Made by a program: the position numbers and the translations under genes | Notes under the pieces: generated by a model | Database searches by the model: none | What the model was told of the DNA's origin: nothing | The model's input: only the letters and a program-made list of their open reading frames with translations | Shown: positions 11,504-22,457 of the stretch, in pieces | How the letters are laid out: each line of letters begins with the position of its first letter | How positions within the stretch are numbered: the first letter of the stretch is position 1 | Source of the DNA: Nitrosopumilus sp. | Lineage (GTDB): Archaea > Thermoproteota > Nitrososphaeria > Nitrososphaerales > Nitrosopumilaceae | Length of the DNA: 64,000 nt | Reading direction: 5' to 3' | Assembly: GCA_965205215.1 (NCBI GenBank) | Contig: OZ242041.1 | Coordinates: 1,632,001-1,696,000, forward strand

Positions 11504-11621
11504 ATGATGTACTGCTGACGGCACCTGAATAAATAACATAACGATGGATTTGCTTGACAAATTTGCACACTTTTTTTGTCCAAATGGGCTCGTTTTTAAC
11601 ACGCCACATCCGGGGGGCAGC

Positions 11622-12383
11622 ATGGCCAAGCTTGGAGTAATCCAGACCGTGCCGTACGGGAGCGACGACCAGGCGATCGCCGAGGCGTCGCGGCTGCTCG
11701 CGGAGGCGGGCAGTCAGGAGGCAGACATCGTGTGCCTGCCCGAGCAGTGGCTCTCAGACAACGTCGTAGACGACTTTGGTGCCAAGTTCGCAGAGTTTGG
11801 CCGCATCGCCAAGGAGTACTCGATGTGCGTGATTCCGGGCGCCTTTTACCACAGGACGCGTGCAGGCGCGGAGGGGGCGCGCAGGACCGCAATAGTGGCG
11901 CCCGTCATATCAGCAGACGGGGGGATTGCAGGGATGCAGGAGAAGATACACCCGTTCTCATACGAGCGCGACACCGTCAGCCCCGGGTCGGCGGCCCTCG
12001 TATTTGAGGCAAAGGGCGTCAGGTTCGGCATAATCGTGTGCCACGACATGGTCTTTGCCCCCGTCGCACGCACGCTTGCCAGAAAGGGGGCGCATGTCAT
12101 ATGCTCCCCCTCAAGGATAGTCTCCAGAGGCGTGGCGCCGTGGAGCATGTACGTGCAGGTCAGGGCGCTGGAGAACAGGATTCCCATAGTGGCTGCCAAC
12201 GTGTCCGGCGGCAGGTTCGGCGGCGGCAGCATGGCAGTGGACCTCGAGGTGGGCGACGACGTTGTAAACACCCGCGTGACGCGGCTGTCAGACGGCCAGT
12301 CGTATGCAGTCATGCAGGTGGAGCCGGGGGCATACGAGCGGCAGAGGGCGGCAAGGTATGCCGACGAGAACCCGTTTCAGTAA
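11622..12383 (+). CDS. Carbon-nitrogen hydrolase (nitrilase family)
   Basis: LPE, K and VCHD catalytic triad; RALEN. Confidence 0.88.
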   Translation: MAKLGVIQTVPYGSDDQAIAEASRLLAEAGSQEADIVCLPEQWLSDNVVDDFGAKFAEFGRIAKEYSMCVIPGAFYHRTRAGAEGARRTAIVAPVISADGGIAGMQEKIHPFSYERDTVSPGSAALVFEAKGVRFGIIVCHDMVFAPVARTLARKGAHVICSPSRIVSRGVAPWSMYVQVRALENRIPIVAANVSGGRFGGGSMAVDLEVGDDVVNTRVTRLSDGQSYAVMQVEPGAYERQRAARYADENPFQ

Positions 12384-12430
12384 ACAACGCGGCAGACCCC
12401 CGGGGGGCCGGTCCCGGTACCGCGGGCCGG

Positions 12431-13525
12431 TCAGCCTTGGGATACGAACGCCTCGCATTCGGCCTTTGCGTTGACGTCGGACATCTGCCGTATCGGGTGC
12501 TTCATCAGATACGCGCTTGCGGGTATTATTGGACCCCCCACGCCGCGGTCAAGTGCGATGCGCGCCAGCCGTATCGCGTCTATCACTATGCCGGCCGAGT
12601 TGGCCTTGTCGTCCACCTCGAGCCGGACCTCCATGTTGTACGGTATGTTGGCCCACTGCCTCCCCTCTATCCTCATGAACATCAGCTTTGTGTTGCCCAG
12701 AAACGGTATGAAGTCAGACGGCCCCACGTAGATCTGGTCGTCGTCCAGGCGCCTGTCAAGCTGGCTCTGGACGCTCTCAGTCTTTGATATCCTCTTTGAG
12801 ACCAGCCGCTCCTGCTCTTTCATGTTGAGAAAGTCGGTGTTTCCGCCCACGTTGATCTGGTACGTCTTCTCTATCTTCGTGCCGCGATCGTTGCACAGTT
12901 TTGCAAGTGTCCTGTGGACGATGGTCGCGCCCACCTGGCCCTTGATGTCGTCGCCTATGCACGGTATCCCCTTCTCCTCGAACCTCTTGGCCCACTTGGC
13001 GTCGGACGCGATGAATGAGGGTATGCAGTTTACAAACGCGACGCCGGCATCGAGGCACACCTGGGCCCAGAACTCGGTGGCCTTGTCCGAGCCGACGGGC
13101 AGGTACGACACTATTATCTCCGCGCCGGTCTCCTTTATGATGTCCTTTATCTCCGACTCCAGCTGCTCGGCGGTCTTTGCAGACTTTACGGGCTTGACGC
13201 GGTTCTCGACCCAGAGTCCCACGCCGTCAAGCGCCGGGCTCTCGTAGACCATGGCGTCCGTGTCCGGCATCTGTCCCCTCGGAACCCAGTCCACCATGTT
13301 GGGGTACTCGTATATGGCCTCGTTGATCGTCTTGCCGACCTTGTTCTCGCCCACGTCAAATCCGCACACAAAGTCTATGTCGTGTATGCCGTATCCGGCC
13401 AGCTTGTCGTGTATTATGCCTATGACCTCCTGCGACGGGTTCTGCGAATAGTACTCTATGCCCTGGAGCAGCCCCGAAAAGCAGTTGCCTATGCCTACCA
13501 GTCCCACCCTGATGCGCCCCGCCAT
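12431..13525 (-). CDS. ino1: myo-Inositol-1-phosphate synthase
   Basis: GIGNC, GDDIKGQVGAT, QINVGGNTDFLN, SKRISKT, DKANSAG. Confidence 0.95.
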   Translation of the reverse strand: MAGRIRVGLVGIGNCFSGLLQGIEYYSQNPSQEVIGIIHDKLAGYGIHDIDFVCGFDVGENKVGKTINEAIYEYPNMVDWVPRGQMPDTDAMVYESPALDGVGLWVENRVKPVKSAKTAEQLESEIKDIIKETGAEIIVSYLPVGSDKATEFWAQVCLDAGVAFVNCIPSFIASDAKWAKRFEEKGIPCIGDDIKGQVGATIVHRTLAKLCNDRGTKIEKTYQINVGGNTDFLNMKEQERLVSKRISKTESVQSQLDRRLDDDQIYVGPSDFIPFLGNTKLMFMRIEGRQWANIPYNMEVRLEVDDKANSAGIVIDAIRLARIALDRGVGGPIIPASAYLMKHPIRQMSDVNAKAECEAFVSQG

Positions 13526-13613
13526 CTGTGGATGGTGGCGGATCAGGCTTGTTTAAAGTCTTGGCATGGGGCTGCGAAGAATCATTTATAGTCACGCAGT
13601 GCACGTGGCAGTC

Positions 13614-14555
13614 ATGGCAGAGCTAGGTGGGCCGGTCAGAGACATTGCGATAGACGGCGACACCACCATAGAGGGGGTGTTTGCAGAGATGGCCCAGTCC
13701 GGGGGGTTTGAGGCAAAGAACATGCACGACGGGCTGGAGATCATGTCAGAGATGATATCGAATGGCGAATGCCTGAGGTTCTGCTCGTTTGTGGGGGCCG
13801 TAGTATCCACGGGGCTACGCGGCATAATCAAAGACATGGCAAGAAACGGCTGGTTTGACGTGATGATGACCACATGCGGCGCGCTGGACCACGACATTGC
13901 AAAGCACTTTGCAGAATACAGGGAGGGGTCGTTTACCATGGACGACTCGGAGCTTGCGCGCGAGGACATGCACAGACTCGGAAGCGTGATCGTGCCGCTT
14001 GAGAGTTACGGGCCGCTCATCGAGGAGAAGATGCAGGAGTTCCTGGCAGAGGAGTACGACAGCGGCCGGAAAACCATGACCACGTCGGACATATGCAGGA
14101 TGATAGGGCGGCACCTGGGCGAGGACTCGTTTCTTTACTGGGCCGCCAAGAACGGGACCGACGTGGTGGTTCCCGGCATAATGGACGGCGCGGTGGGCAG
14201 CCAGATCTGGATGTTTGCGCAGAGCCATCCGGACTTTAGGCTCGACGTAATAGGCGACTCGGTCCGACTCTCAGATCACATATTCAAGGCCAAAAAGTCG
14301 GGCGCCCTCATGATAGGGGGCGGGATCTCAAAGCACCACACGATGTGGTGGAATCAGTATAGGGACGGGCTGGACTATGCGCTGTACATCACCACGGCCC
14401 AGGAGTTTGACGGAAGCCTGAGCGGCGCGCTGGTCAGAGAGGCCATATCGTGGGGAAAGGTGACCCAGAACGCAAGACAGGCCACGCTCCATGCAGAGGC
14501 CACGACCGTCATGCCGTTTCTTTACGCGGCCCTGCTTGCAAGGCTGAAAAGGTAG
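13614..14555 (+). CDS. dys: Deoxyhypusine synthase
   Basis: STGLRG, GALDHD, GGGISKHH, DGSLSGA..EAISWGK. Confidence 0.95.
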   Translation: MAELGGPVRDIAIDGDTTIEGVFAEMAQSGGFEAKNMHDGLEIMSEMISNGECLRFCSFVGAVVSTGLRGIIKDMARNGWFDVMMTTCGALDHDIAKHFAEYREGSFTMDDSELAREDMHRLGSVIVPLESYGPLIEEKMQEFLAEEYDSGRKTMTTSDICRMIGRHLGEDSFLYWAAKNGTDVVVPGIMDGAVGSQIWMFAQSHPDFRLDVIGDSVRLSDHIFKAKKSGALMIGGGISKHHTMWWNQYRDGLDYALYITTAQEFDGSLSGALVREAISWGKVTQNARQATLHAEATTVMPFLYAALLARLKR

Positions 14556-14651
14556 GAACCCGCAAGCCGCGTGCGGGTGGCGCGCCCTCGCAATTGCAGG
14601 GCACGAGTTTTTGCAGGATGCCGTACATCGCACGCCGTATGCCCCCGCGCA

Positions 14652-14894
14652 TCACCCACAGTCAATAATCTCAACTGCCGGACTGCACATGTCGTTGAAC
14701 CTGTATATGTCGCTTAAAAGATCGAGACAGAATTCCGGATCCAAGGTTTCATGATACGTATCAAGCCCCCGAAGAATCTCCATATGGGACAACCCACACG
14801 AATCGACGGAAAATGCAAGTGCTACAACAACGGATGCGACAAGCACTGCAACCAGTAAGACAGCATGCCGGGCACTAACGCTTGGAAATGTCAA
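14652..14894 (-). CDS. Small membrane-anchored hypothetical protein
   Basis: N-terminal hydrophobic helix and four Cys; directly downstream of the Alba gene. Confidence 0.55.
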   Translation of the reverse strand: MTFPSVSARHAVLLVAVLVASVVVALAFSVDSCGLSHMEILRGLDTYHETLDPEFCLDLLSDIYRFNDMCSPAVEIIDCG

Positions 14895-16188
14895 TTTCCA
14901 TTGTGGAAACGTTGCGATGCTTGCCGTCGTTTGATATGAGCGAGTCAGAAGATATCCTCACGTCGCTTATCGTATACCCCACAGTGTCCATTCGCTTGAT
15001 AATCATCTGCGAGACGTCCACTGCGTTGGTGATCTTCTTGCCCCTTGCCTTTATTGTCACCGTGTCCTGGTTTGCAAGCTGAGTAAGTGTGGCAGAGACA
15101 TATGTCATTATGGGCTTGCTGCCCACAAATATGACATCCCTCATTGAAGAGGATTCGGAGCTAGCAGCGGTCTCAGGCGATGGTTCTGGCGCGGTGGCGG
15201 TCTCAGGTGATGGTTCTGGCGATGGTTCAGGCGCGGGCTCTGGCGATGGTTCAGGCGCGGGCTCTGGCGATGGTTCAGGCGCGGGCTCTGGCGATGGTTC
15301 AGGCGCGGGCTCTGGCGATGGTTCAGGCGCGGGCTCTGGCGATGGTTCAGGCGCGGGCTCTGGCGATGGTTCAGGCGCGGGCTCTGGCGATGGTTCAGGC
15401 GCGGGCTCTGGCGATGGTTCAGGCGCGGGCTCTGGCGATGGTTCAGGCGCGGGCTCTGGCGATGGTTCAGGCGCGGGCTCTGGCGATGGTTCAGGCGCGG
15501 GCTCTGGCGATGGTTCAGGCGCGGGCTCTGGCGATGGTTCAGGCGCGGGCTCTGGCGATGGTTCAGGCGCGGGCTCTGGCGATGGTTCAGGCGCGGGCTC
15601 TGGCGATGGTTCAGGCGCGGGCTCTGGCGATGGTTCAGGCGCGGTGGCGGTCTCAGGCGATGGTTCAGGCGATGGTTCAGGCGATGGTTCTGGCGCGGTG
15701 GCGGTCTCAGGCGATGGTTCTGGCGCGGGCTCTGGCGCGGTGGCGGTCTCAGGCGATGGTTCTGGCGCGGTGGCGGTCTCAGGCGATGGTTCTGGCGATG
15801 GTTCTGGCGATGGTTCTGGCGCGGTGGCGGTCTCAGGCGATGGTTCTGGCGCGGGCTCTGGCGATGGTTCTGGCGCGGTGGCGGTCTCAGGCGATGGTTC
15901 TGGCGCGGGCTCTGGCGATGGTTCTGGCGCGGTGGCGGTCTCAGGCGCGGGTTCAGGCGATGGTTCTGGCGCGGTGGCGGTCTCAGTGTCATCGCGGTAC
16001 ACGGATGAAGCGTCGTCAGGGGTACAAGCACACCCAGAGTCGTGTCCGGCATGTGGCACATCTTCTGCAGACCCAATTCCAGAAGGTTCGTCAGGTGTGC
16101 TCGTATTGGTAGATATCTCAGACTGTGTTTTAGAGGTAAATTCGGACAATATCTCTTCGGCATCGGTTGACTTCTTCTCGCCGTACAT
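14875..16188 (-). CDS. Alba-domain nucleic-acid-binding protein with a long acidic Pro/Glu repeat N-terminus
   Basis: C-terminal [12 protein letters not shown]...[14 protein letters not shown]...RNVSTMEI is the Alba signature. Confidence 0.9.
   Translation of the reverse strand: MYGEKKSTDAEEILSEFTSKTQSEISTNTSTPDEPSGIGSAEDVPHAGHDSGCACTPDDASSVYRDDTETATAPEPSPEPAPETATAPEPSPEPAPEPSPETATAPEPSPEPAPEPSPETATAPEPSPEPSPEPSPETATAPEPSPETATAPEPAPEPSPETATAPEPSPEPSPEPSPETATAPEPSPEPAPEPSPEPAPEPSPEPAPEPSPEPAPEPSPEPAPEPSPEPAPEPSPEPAPEPSPEPAPEPSPEPAPEPSPEPAPEPSPEPAPEPSPEPAPEPSPEPAPEPSPEPAPEPSPEPAPEPSPEPAPEPSPEPAPEPSPEPSPETATAPEPSPETAASSESSSMRDVIFVGSKPIMTYVSATLTQLANQDTVTIKARGKKITNAVDVSQMIIKRMDTVGYTISDVRISSDSLISNDGKHRNVSTMEIDISKR
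15168..15986. repeat. Coding minisatellite: 17 perfect 24-bp units (15218-15625) plus degenerate units
   Basis: (GGCGATGGTTCAGGCGCGGGCTCT)n encoding EPAPEPSP on the minus strand. Confidence 0.97.
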
Positions 16189-16231
16189 ATTCTGCCCCCA
16201 TAATGCTCACTATTAACTTTTATTTAACAAT

Positions 16232-16471
16232 TTAGCCTTTTCCAGCCAGATAATCGTCAAAGAGGGCCTCCAATTCTCCATCATCAGAACACCTGGAGAT
16301 CTTCTCAACAAGGTCACGATCCTCTATCTCATAACAGTTCAGCACATCCTGAGAGTCCTTAAAGACCAGCATGGCCTTACCTTTAAAGATGCAGTGATAG
16401 AGCCGTTCCGGCTTCATCTCTTCAGGTCGGAATTTTATTCCAGCCTCACTGGCATAGACGGGAGATGTCAT
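16232..16471 (-). CDS. Conserved-type hypothetical protein
   Basis: Coding-like ORF (YHCIFKGKAMLVFKDSQDVLNCYEIE). Confidence 0.65.
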   Translation of the reverse strand: MTSPVYASEAGIKFRPEEMKPERLYHCIFKGKAMLVFKDSQDVLNCYEIEDRDLVEKISRCSDDGELEALFDDYLAGKG

Positions 16472-16766
16472 GTGGCGTATGAAACCTCTGCAAATTTGAA
16501 TCTCGCGGTATAACTGCATCCACATAAGCCTCACAGGAGAGACGTAACGGGCATACATACCTCCATCATCATCATCACTCGGGAGTACGATATGAATGTG
16601 AACGTTTCCAAGAAGGCCGCGACGTCATGGGAGGCCATCAGAAACGCCGCTATGAGAGTCAGACACGACTCAATCGACTGCCAGCCTGCAATGCAGGGAG
16701 TAATGTTTGGACACAATGGTCACCCAGCATGCAGAAAAATAATAACAGGCACGACATCACAGCGCC

Positions 16767-17873
16767 ATGGCAGGCCGAATAGTCATGCATGTGGACTTTG
16801 ACTACTTTTACGCCCAGTGCGAAGAAATACGAAACCCCATCATGAAGACGAGGCCTGTTTGCGTCTGCGTTTATTCTGACAGAGGAGGTGACAGCGGGGC
16901 TATCGCAACTGCAAACTACATTGCAAGAAAACACGGGGTAAAGTCAGGAATGCCCATATCCTTTGCAAAGAGAAAGCTTGCAGACGCGGACGGCGCAGAG
17001 TTCATCCCGGTCGATTTCAAGTACTACTCCCAGGTCTCCGAGGAATCCATGGAGGAGATTGCCAAGTTTGCAGACGTCTTCGAGTATGTCGGCCGCGACG
17101 AGGCATATCTTGACGTAGGCGCGAGGACGGAATTCAGCTTTGACGCAGCCGCAAGGCTGGGCCAGCAGATCAAAAATGCAGTAAGGACGAAGTCCAAGAT
17201 AGTGTGCTCCATAGGCATATCGCCGAACCGCATGATCTCAAAGATTGCGTCGGACTACAAAAAACCCGACGGCCTCACCATAGTGAGGCCCGACAGTGTG
17301 AACGCGTTCCTAGAGCCGCTTGAGATCGTGAAGATACCGGGAATCGGAAAAAAGACAGAGCAGAGGCTTTCCAGAATGGGCCTCAAAACCATAAGGGACC
17401 TGAAAAACGCCGATCTGTTCCTGCTAACAAAGGAGTTTGGCAGGAAGAGCGGCACGTACATCTACAATGCAGCAAGGGGCGTCGACGAGGAACCGGTAAA
17501 GGAGAGGGCGCCCCGCATACAGTACAGCCGCATAGTCACACTGAGTGAGGACTCCGGAAGATACGAGTTTCTAAAGGAGAACCTGGCGAGGATCTGCTCG
17601 GACGTGCACGGTACAGTAATGGAAAACAGGCAGATGTTCAAAGTGGTGGGAGTCCAGTTTGTCAAGTCCGACCTCAGCGTCATGTCAAGGTCAAGGACCC
17701 TCAAGAGTCCCACTGCAAGCGCGTACGAGCTGCAGAAAAATGCAGAGCACCTACTTGCAGAGGCGCTGAAATCCCAGGGTGCGAACATGTCGGTGCGCAG
17801 GCTCGGGGTCATGGTAACAGAGCTCTCAGACGCGCGCGGGCAGAGCGACATCACCAGCTTCTTCAAGCCGTGA
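16767..17873 (+). CDS. dinB: Y-family DNA polymerase IV (Dbh/DinB)
   Basis: HVDFDYFYAQCE, ANYIARKHGVKSGM, DEAYLD, KIASDYKKPDG. Confidence 0.95.
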   Translation: MAGRIVMHVDFDYFYAQCEEIRNPIMKTRPVCVCVYSDRGGDSGAIATANYIARKHGVKSGMPISFAKRKLADADGAEFIPVDFKYYSQVSEESMEEIAKFADVFEYVGRDEAYLDVGARTEFSFDAAARLGQQIKNAVRTKSKIVCSIGISPNRMISKIASDYKKPDGLTIVRPDSVNAFLEPLEIVKIPGIGKKTEQRLSRMGLKTIRDLKNADLFLLTKEFGRKSGTYIYNAARGVDEEPVKERAPRIQYSRIVTLSEDSGRYEFLKENLARICSDVHGTVMENRQMFKVVGVQFVKSDLSVMSRSRTLKSPTASAYELQKNAEHLLAEALKSQGANMSVRRLGVMVTELSDARGQSDITSFFKP

Positions 17874-17995
17874 TGGCAAGATGGCGGCCTGGACAGAGCT
17901 AGTTGCGCACGACATCAGCCGGTGACAGTGACAGTGCGGAGGACGCGCGACGTGCGGCGGGCAGCATGCGTTGTCTGTGGCAGATTATGCGGCCG

Positions 17996-18979
17996 CTAGT
18001 CCCCTCCGACGCCGCCCCCGCCTCCGACGCCGCGGCCCGAGGAGGTAGCCCTAGACTCGGCCGCCTCCTGCCTCCTGAGCCGCCGCGACTCTATTGCAAT
18101 CACCACAAGTATGAACCCAAAGAGCCAAGGCAGGAACATTATCTCGCCGGCAATCTTGTGGTACTCTTCCCATGCCACCGGATCAGCCGTGACCTTGAGC
18201 GCGTACCACGACAGGGAGAATATGCGTATCATGTTCACCACAATGGTGCCAGCAATGCCAATCCCAAAGTATGCCAGCTTGCGGCCCCGCGGAATGTTCA
18301 TTTTCAGCATGAACGCGCCGATTACAAGTGAGAATATGACTACACTATGCACCCCTGCCGACGGCCAGAACACGCGGAGCGCGATCGAGCCGTGGTCACC
18401 CCTCAGAAGCATCAGGTTGTCGCGTGCAATCGCGGTGCCGAGATCGAGCGCCTCGACAAGCCAGACGTTTGCTTGGACCAGATACGGCACGACGTACTGC
18501 AGCGGTCCCAGCGTGTCATACGGAAAGAACGCGTCAAGCGACAGTATTATCGCGGTGCCGGTCAGGAATATCGGGCCCGCCGGCGCGATTCTAAACCACC
18601 TCCTGCCAAATATCACATGCAGCGCGGCCACCATAAAGACGGCCATTATCACAAAGTCCCACATCCACGTCCACGAGTATACGAGCTGGACGTCAAACTG
18701 GGACGAGGCCTCGGTTATCTGATCCCGCAGTCCGTTTTCCAACAGATACAGGTATGCAATTGTTGCGGCCGCGAGAGGGGCGGCTGCGGCTAGCCGCCTT
18801 TCAGAAACTGCAAGCTTGAGGCCCGCCAACTCAGCCACCACGAATATCAGCCCGAATAGGTATCCGCCCCGCCCCTCGTTCCAGCTCCACGTTATGGATT
18901 CAGGGTATGCAACGACTGCAAAGAGTATCGGCCCCGACACGATCAATATCGCGGCCGCAAGCTTCAGATTCCAAGCCAT
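17996..18979 (-). CDS. artG: Thaumarchaeosortase (archaeosortase family)
   Basis: Multi-pass membrane protein; SWNEGRGG, VFWPSAGVHS, N..R, H.IAGE motifs. Confidence 0.85.
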   Translation of the reverse strand: MAWNLKLAAAILIVSGPILFAVVAYPESITWSWNEGRGGYLFGLIFVVAELAGLKLAVSERRLAAAAPLAAATIAYLYLLENGLRDQITEASSQFDVQLVYSWTWMWDFVIMAVFMVAALHVIFGRRWFRIAPAGPIFLTGTAIILSLDAFFPYDTLGPLQYVVPYLVQANVWLVEALDLGTAIARDNLMLLRGDHGSIALRVFWPSAGVHSVVIFSLVIGAFMLKMNIPRGRKLAYFGIGIAGTIVVNMIRIFSLSWYALKVTADPVAWEEYHKIAGEIMFLPWLFGFILVVIAIESRRLRRQEAAESRATSSGRGVGGGGGVGGD

Positions 18980-19260
18980 GTGGAATCGTCCCGTGCGGTC
19001 ACATAAATAGATCAAAAACGGGCACGTCGAGCCGGCGCCCTGCGCGTCCATGCCGACGGCAAGAGGCACACGCAGGAATATGAGCAGCTATTCCGACTCT
19101 TCTGCCGCAGATTCCTCTGACCCGTCATAGTCGGGAGCCCGGCGCCCGGGCCTGATAGGAACATAGAGATGTGTCACAACGTATCGTGCACGCAGCTACA
19201 AGATATGCATCGTGATTAGAAAAAGTTGTCAATTTGATCAAAATATAGTCACGCGGCGGG

Positions 19261-19725
19261 CTAGAGCCGGCACTCGGCCGAGAACGACCGGTGTGTGGTT
19301 ACAAGGGTCAGGGCCAGAATGCAGGCGGAGGCGATCCGAAGTGGCAGCTCGTACTCTGTAAGGAACGCCGTGGCAGTTGCTCCCACCGTCCCAAAGGTGG
19401 AGATTACGGCAAATCCTACCGGTCCGCAGCTGCAGGCTCCCGCGGCCGTGCCCAGCACGGAGCCGGCGATTCCGCCACCCATCTTCCGCCCCGGGCTGCT
19501 CAGCATGACGACGCGGTACACGTTTGCAGGGATTGCCACCGCGGACATTGCGGCAATGAGTATTATCAGCGCCAGCCCCAGCTCGCTGTCCCTTGGAACG
19601 TGCCCAACAAGATATGGCTCCAGAAAAATATACTCGGACATGAACAGCAGGGCGAATGCCAGAACGGCAAATACCGCGGCCGCCATTGCAGAAAACCTTG
19701 CGTCAGAAAACACCATGCGCAGCAT
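19261..19725 (-). CDS. Membrane protein with CSC motif
   Basis: Four hydrophobic segments and GACSCGP; co-oriented after the DsbA gene. Confidence 0.75.
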   Translation of the reverse strand: MLRMVFSDARFSAMAAAVFAVLAFALLFMSEYIFLEPYLVGHVPRDSELGLALIILIAAMSAVAIPANVYRVVMLSSPGRKMGGGIAGSVLGTAAGACSCGPVGFAVISTFGTVGATATAFLTEYELPLRIASACILALTLVTTHRSFSAECRL

Positions 19726-19734
19726 GACGGGTCA

Positions 19735-20442
19735 TCAGCTCAGCGAGTTGATCACCTGAATGAAGGTGCCGTACGGCTGCGCCCCGGGGATCATCACCGA
19801 GCCCCCGCTACTACCCACTATAAAGAATGCCGGGGTCGCATCCACGCCGTGCCCGGCCCCCGTCCGGGTGTTAAAGGAGACGCGTTCGGCGTATTTTTTA
19901 GACGACATGCACTCGTTGAAGGTGTCAATGTCAAGTCCCACCTGCACTGCAAAGCCCCTCAGGTTCGCAGGCGATGCCCATCCCCCGTCTATCCTGCTCT
20001 GCTGCGACTCGTACAGCATGTCGTGGTATTCCCAGTACATGCCCTGATCGCCGGCGCAATGAGAGGCCTGCGCCGCGCCAGGAGAGTCCTGTCCTAGAAA
20101 CGCAAAGTCCACAAACACCAGCTTGGCCTTGCCTGTCGATATGAAGTCATCCACCAGGGGCGGCAGGGTCTGGCTGTGCCATATCTCGCAAAAGTGGCAT
20201 TGGTAGTCCCCAAACTCCACTATCGTGACCGGCGCAGACGGGTCGCCCAGAATCGGCGAGCCGTTACTTGTATCGATGCCACCGTATATCCTGTCCGGAT
20301 AGGGCGCCGGGGCGTCGTCTCCTGCCATGTCCGCGGCGGGTGCCGTGTCGGATCCCATCATTGCAGAGGCGACGGCGGCAACTATCGCGACGGCAACTAT
20401 CGCGACGGCAATCACAGGAGCTTTCTTTCTTGCCACGCGCAT
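19735..20442 (-). CDS. DsbA-family thiol-disulfide oxidoreductase
   Basis: GDPSAPVTIVEFGDYQCHFC, ATP.F, GAQPY. Confidence 0.92.
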   Translation of the reverse strand: MRVARKKAPVIAVAIVAVAIVAAVASAMMGSDTAPAADMAGDDAPAPYPDRIYGGIDTSNGSPILGDPSAPVTIVEFGDYQCHFCEIWHSQTLPPLVDDFISTGKAKLVFVDFAFLGQDSPGAAQASHCAGDQGMYWEYHDMLYESQQSRIDGGWASPANLRGFAVQVGLDIDTFNECMSSKKYAERVSFNTRTGAGHGVDATPAFFIVGSSGGSVMIPGAQPYGTFIQVINSLS

Positions 20443-21094
20443 GACGCCCGCGCGTTCTTATAAAAAGACTTGCCACAAACAGTTGCAACCGCTCAGCCCT
20501 CTCCACGTCAAGTCCCAGCATGCAGCCCGCAAACCAGCCATGCGCCAGCGCACCCAGCTGCCGCAAGGGGCGCCGCCACGGGAACAAACGGCCAAAGACA
20601 GCTAAAGAAACGCCCTTTAAACAGATCAATGGCGTCATTGGGGGACGAGTCAAATCATATCGCCGTCTTGGATGGAGGCGCATCAGACATTGCCGCGGCG
20701 CAGGTGAGTCTTCTGCCCGCCGCGCCCCTCCAGCGTATTTTTTGCAGACATGGCAGTGACCGATATGAAAAAAGGGATGCAGGCAATTCTTCGGAGAGTT
20801 ACATTGTGCATTGGAAGGACCAGGCATAAAAAATACGAGCAATATGTGACATGCCATACAACCCGCCCACCCCGTCCCATTCCCCCCCCCCAATGGCGGA
20901 TCCTTTTTCATACAAACCGAACACAGGGCGCGGTTTTTACGAGTCCGGCAGGCAGGCAGAAATAATGAGGGCCGCAGGCATTACGCGCGCACTACAGTCC
21001 CGGGCCGCCCACGGCAAGACAGACATGATTCGGCCTGCCAGATTTCACAGCGTGGTGCGCGTACGGCCATGGCAAAATCGGATGCTCAGAATCC

Positions 21095-21319
21095 CTATCT
21101 ACGCCTGAAGAGTCCCAAAAGCTTTGAGATAGCGGTGTCAAGCGGGCAGGAATCGCAAGAGATGTCGCCCGTACCCGCGTCACTGCGGCTTTTGCCGCAG
21201 CGGCCTGACGTGTACGACGAGCCTCCAAAGTGCATCTCATACTGCTTGCGCGAATCAAAGACCCGATCGCATGACTCGCAGTATACCTTGGATGTCCCCC
21301 TGTTCTCCGACTCGGGCAT
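21095..21319 (-). CDS. Small C2H2-type zinc-finger protein
   Basis: YCESCDRVFDSRKQYEMH...CDSCPLD. Confidence 0.7.
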   Translation of the reverse strand: MPESENRGTSKVYCESCDRVFDSRKQYEMHFGGSSYTSGRCGKSRSDAGTGDISCDSCPLDTAISKLLGLFRRR

Positions 21320-21507
21320 GTATGATATGAGGCAGCGTCGTTTATAAAAGTCAGGCCTCCGCAGCGGCGGCGGGGACGGTGGCAGGGCGGAGCGCAACCC
21401 GGGCGCCTGCGCGGGCCAGCGCAGCCGGCTCCTGGCACCGGAGATATGCCGGATGGTCGCCGCGCAGGCCGTACCGATGCCGGCGGCGCGCCAGACCCGC
21501 GCGCGGA

Positions 21508-21915
21508 CTAAAAGTAGTGGATGCGCATATGTACGTTCAGCTCCGTCTCGTACCGCGTGACGAACCCGCAGTGGCTGCAGTTGAACATCTCCTGCGGGGA
21601 CGGGGACGCATCACGATCTATCGGCCTCCCGGTCACGGACGCGATCGTAATTACGTCGTTGTTTGCGATTACTGCAAAGTTACGGCCCTCGCCAATCGAG
21701 TCAAGAAACTCCCTGATCGAGTCGACCACCGTGCCGGCGTCGATCCTAGAGCCGCCGTCCTCGTCCTCGTCAAGCGTCGAGAGGGTGAACTGGTTGTTCT
21801 GCAGGGTCGGTATGGCGGCCACCTGATCGGAGACGTACACCAGCAGCTCGTTTCGTATGGGCAGCACGTCCTTGCAGTCAACCACGAGCATTGCGCCGCA
21901 TGCCACACAATGCAA
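21508..21915 (-). CDS. C2H2 zinc-finger protein
   Basis: C-terminal CSHCGFVT...HMRIH. Confidence 0.8.
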   Translation of the reverse strand: MHCVACGAMLVVDCKDVLPIRNELLVYVSDQVAAIPTLQNNQFTLSTLDEDEDGGSRIDAGTVVDSIREFLDSIGEGRNFAVIANNDVITIASVTGRPIDRDASPSPQEMFNCSHCGFVTRYETELNVHMRIHYF

Positions 21916-22070
21916 TTTTAGTCTTGGCGCAGTTGCTGCTACGGCCCCGGGCGGCCCAAACGGCGGGCCGGCACAACCGGCAATTCACGAACCGGTGCGG
22001 CGCCAAGCAGGTCATGTGCACCGGCACGCCGGAAAGGAATCAATATTACGGCCGCATTCAAATCGACTGC

Positions 22071-22457
22071 ATGAAGGACTCGGAGACGTTTGGCGTTGAG
22101 GAGGGAAGCGGCAGGGAGGTAGTCGACTGGCTCAATGGGCAGGCGGATGCCAGAAAGATCAAGCTCGAGGCCAGGTTGTACGGGTACAGCGTCGAGACGA
22201 AAAATTTTGGCAGGTTTGAGATGTTCTCGTGGATAGGCGACGTGCAGACGGCAAGAAGGATGATCATAAAAGCAAGCAAGCGCTTCAAGGTGAAGGTGAT
22301 CGAGGGCGGATACAAGCCGAGGGAGAGGGTGCTGAGAATGGAGCGGTTTGACTATGCAAAGGTCAGGAGGGGCGACAGGGTCATAGGACAGATAGAGTTT
22401 GTCGCGTCAAGGTTCGGCAGGGGCCAGTGGACAGTAAGGGACGAGGAGAGAAGGTGA
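22071..22457 (+). CDS. Conserved-type hypothetical protein
   Basis: Coding-like ORF whose stop overlaps the probable start of the next gene. Confidence 0.7.
   Translation: MKDSETFGVEEGSGREVVDWLNGQADARKIKLEARLYGYSVETKNFGRFEMFSWIGDVQTARRMIIKASKRFKVKVIEGGYKPRERVLRMERFDYAKVRRGDRVIGQIEFVASRFGRGQWTVRDEERR

Noticed and set aside
15089-16216. Plus-strand GSGDGSGA and other alternative-frame repeat ORFs (collagen/ice-nucleation-like appearance)
   Set aside because: Shadows of the 24-bp repeat; only the minus frame joins a recognisable Alba domain.
20560-20830. Possible transposase remnant (…INGVIGGRVKSYRRLGWR…)
   Set aside because: Only a vague resemblance; no TIRs or catalytic motifs visible.
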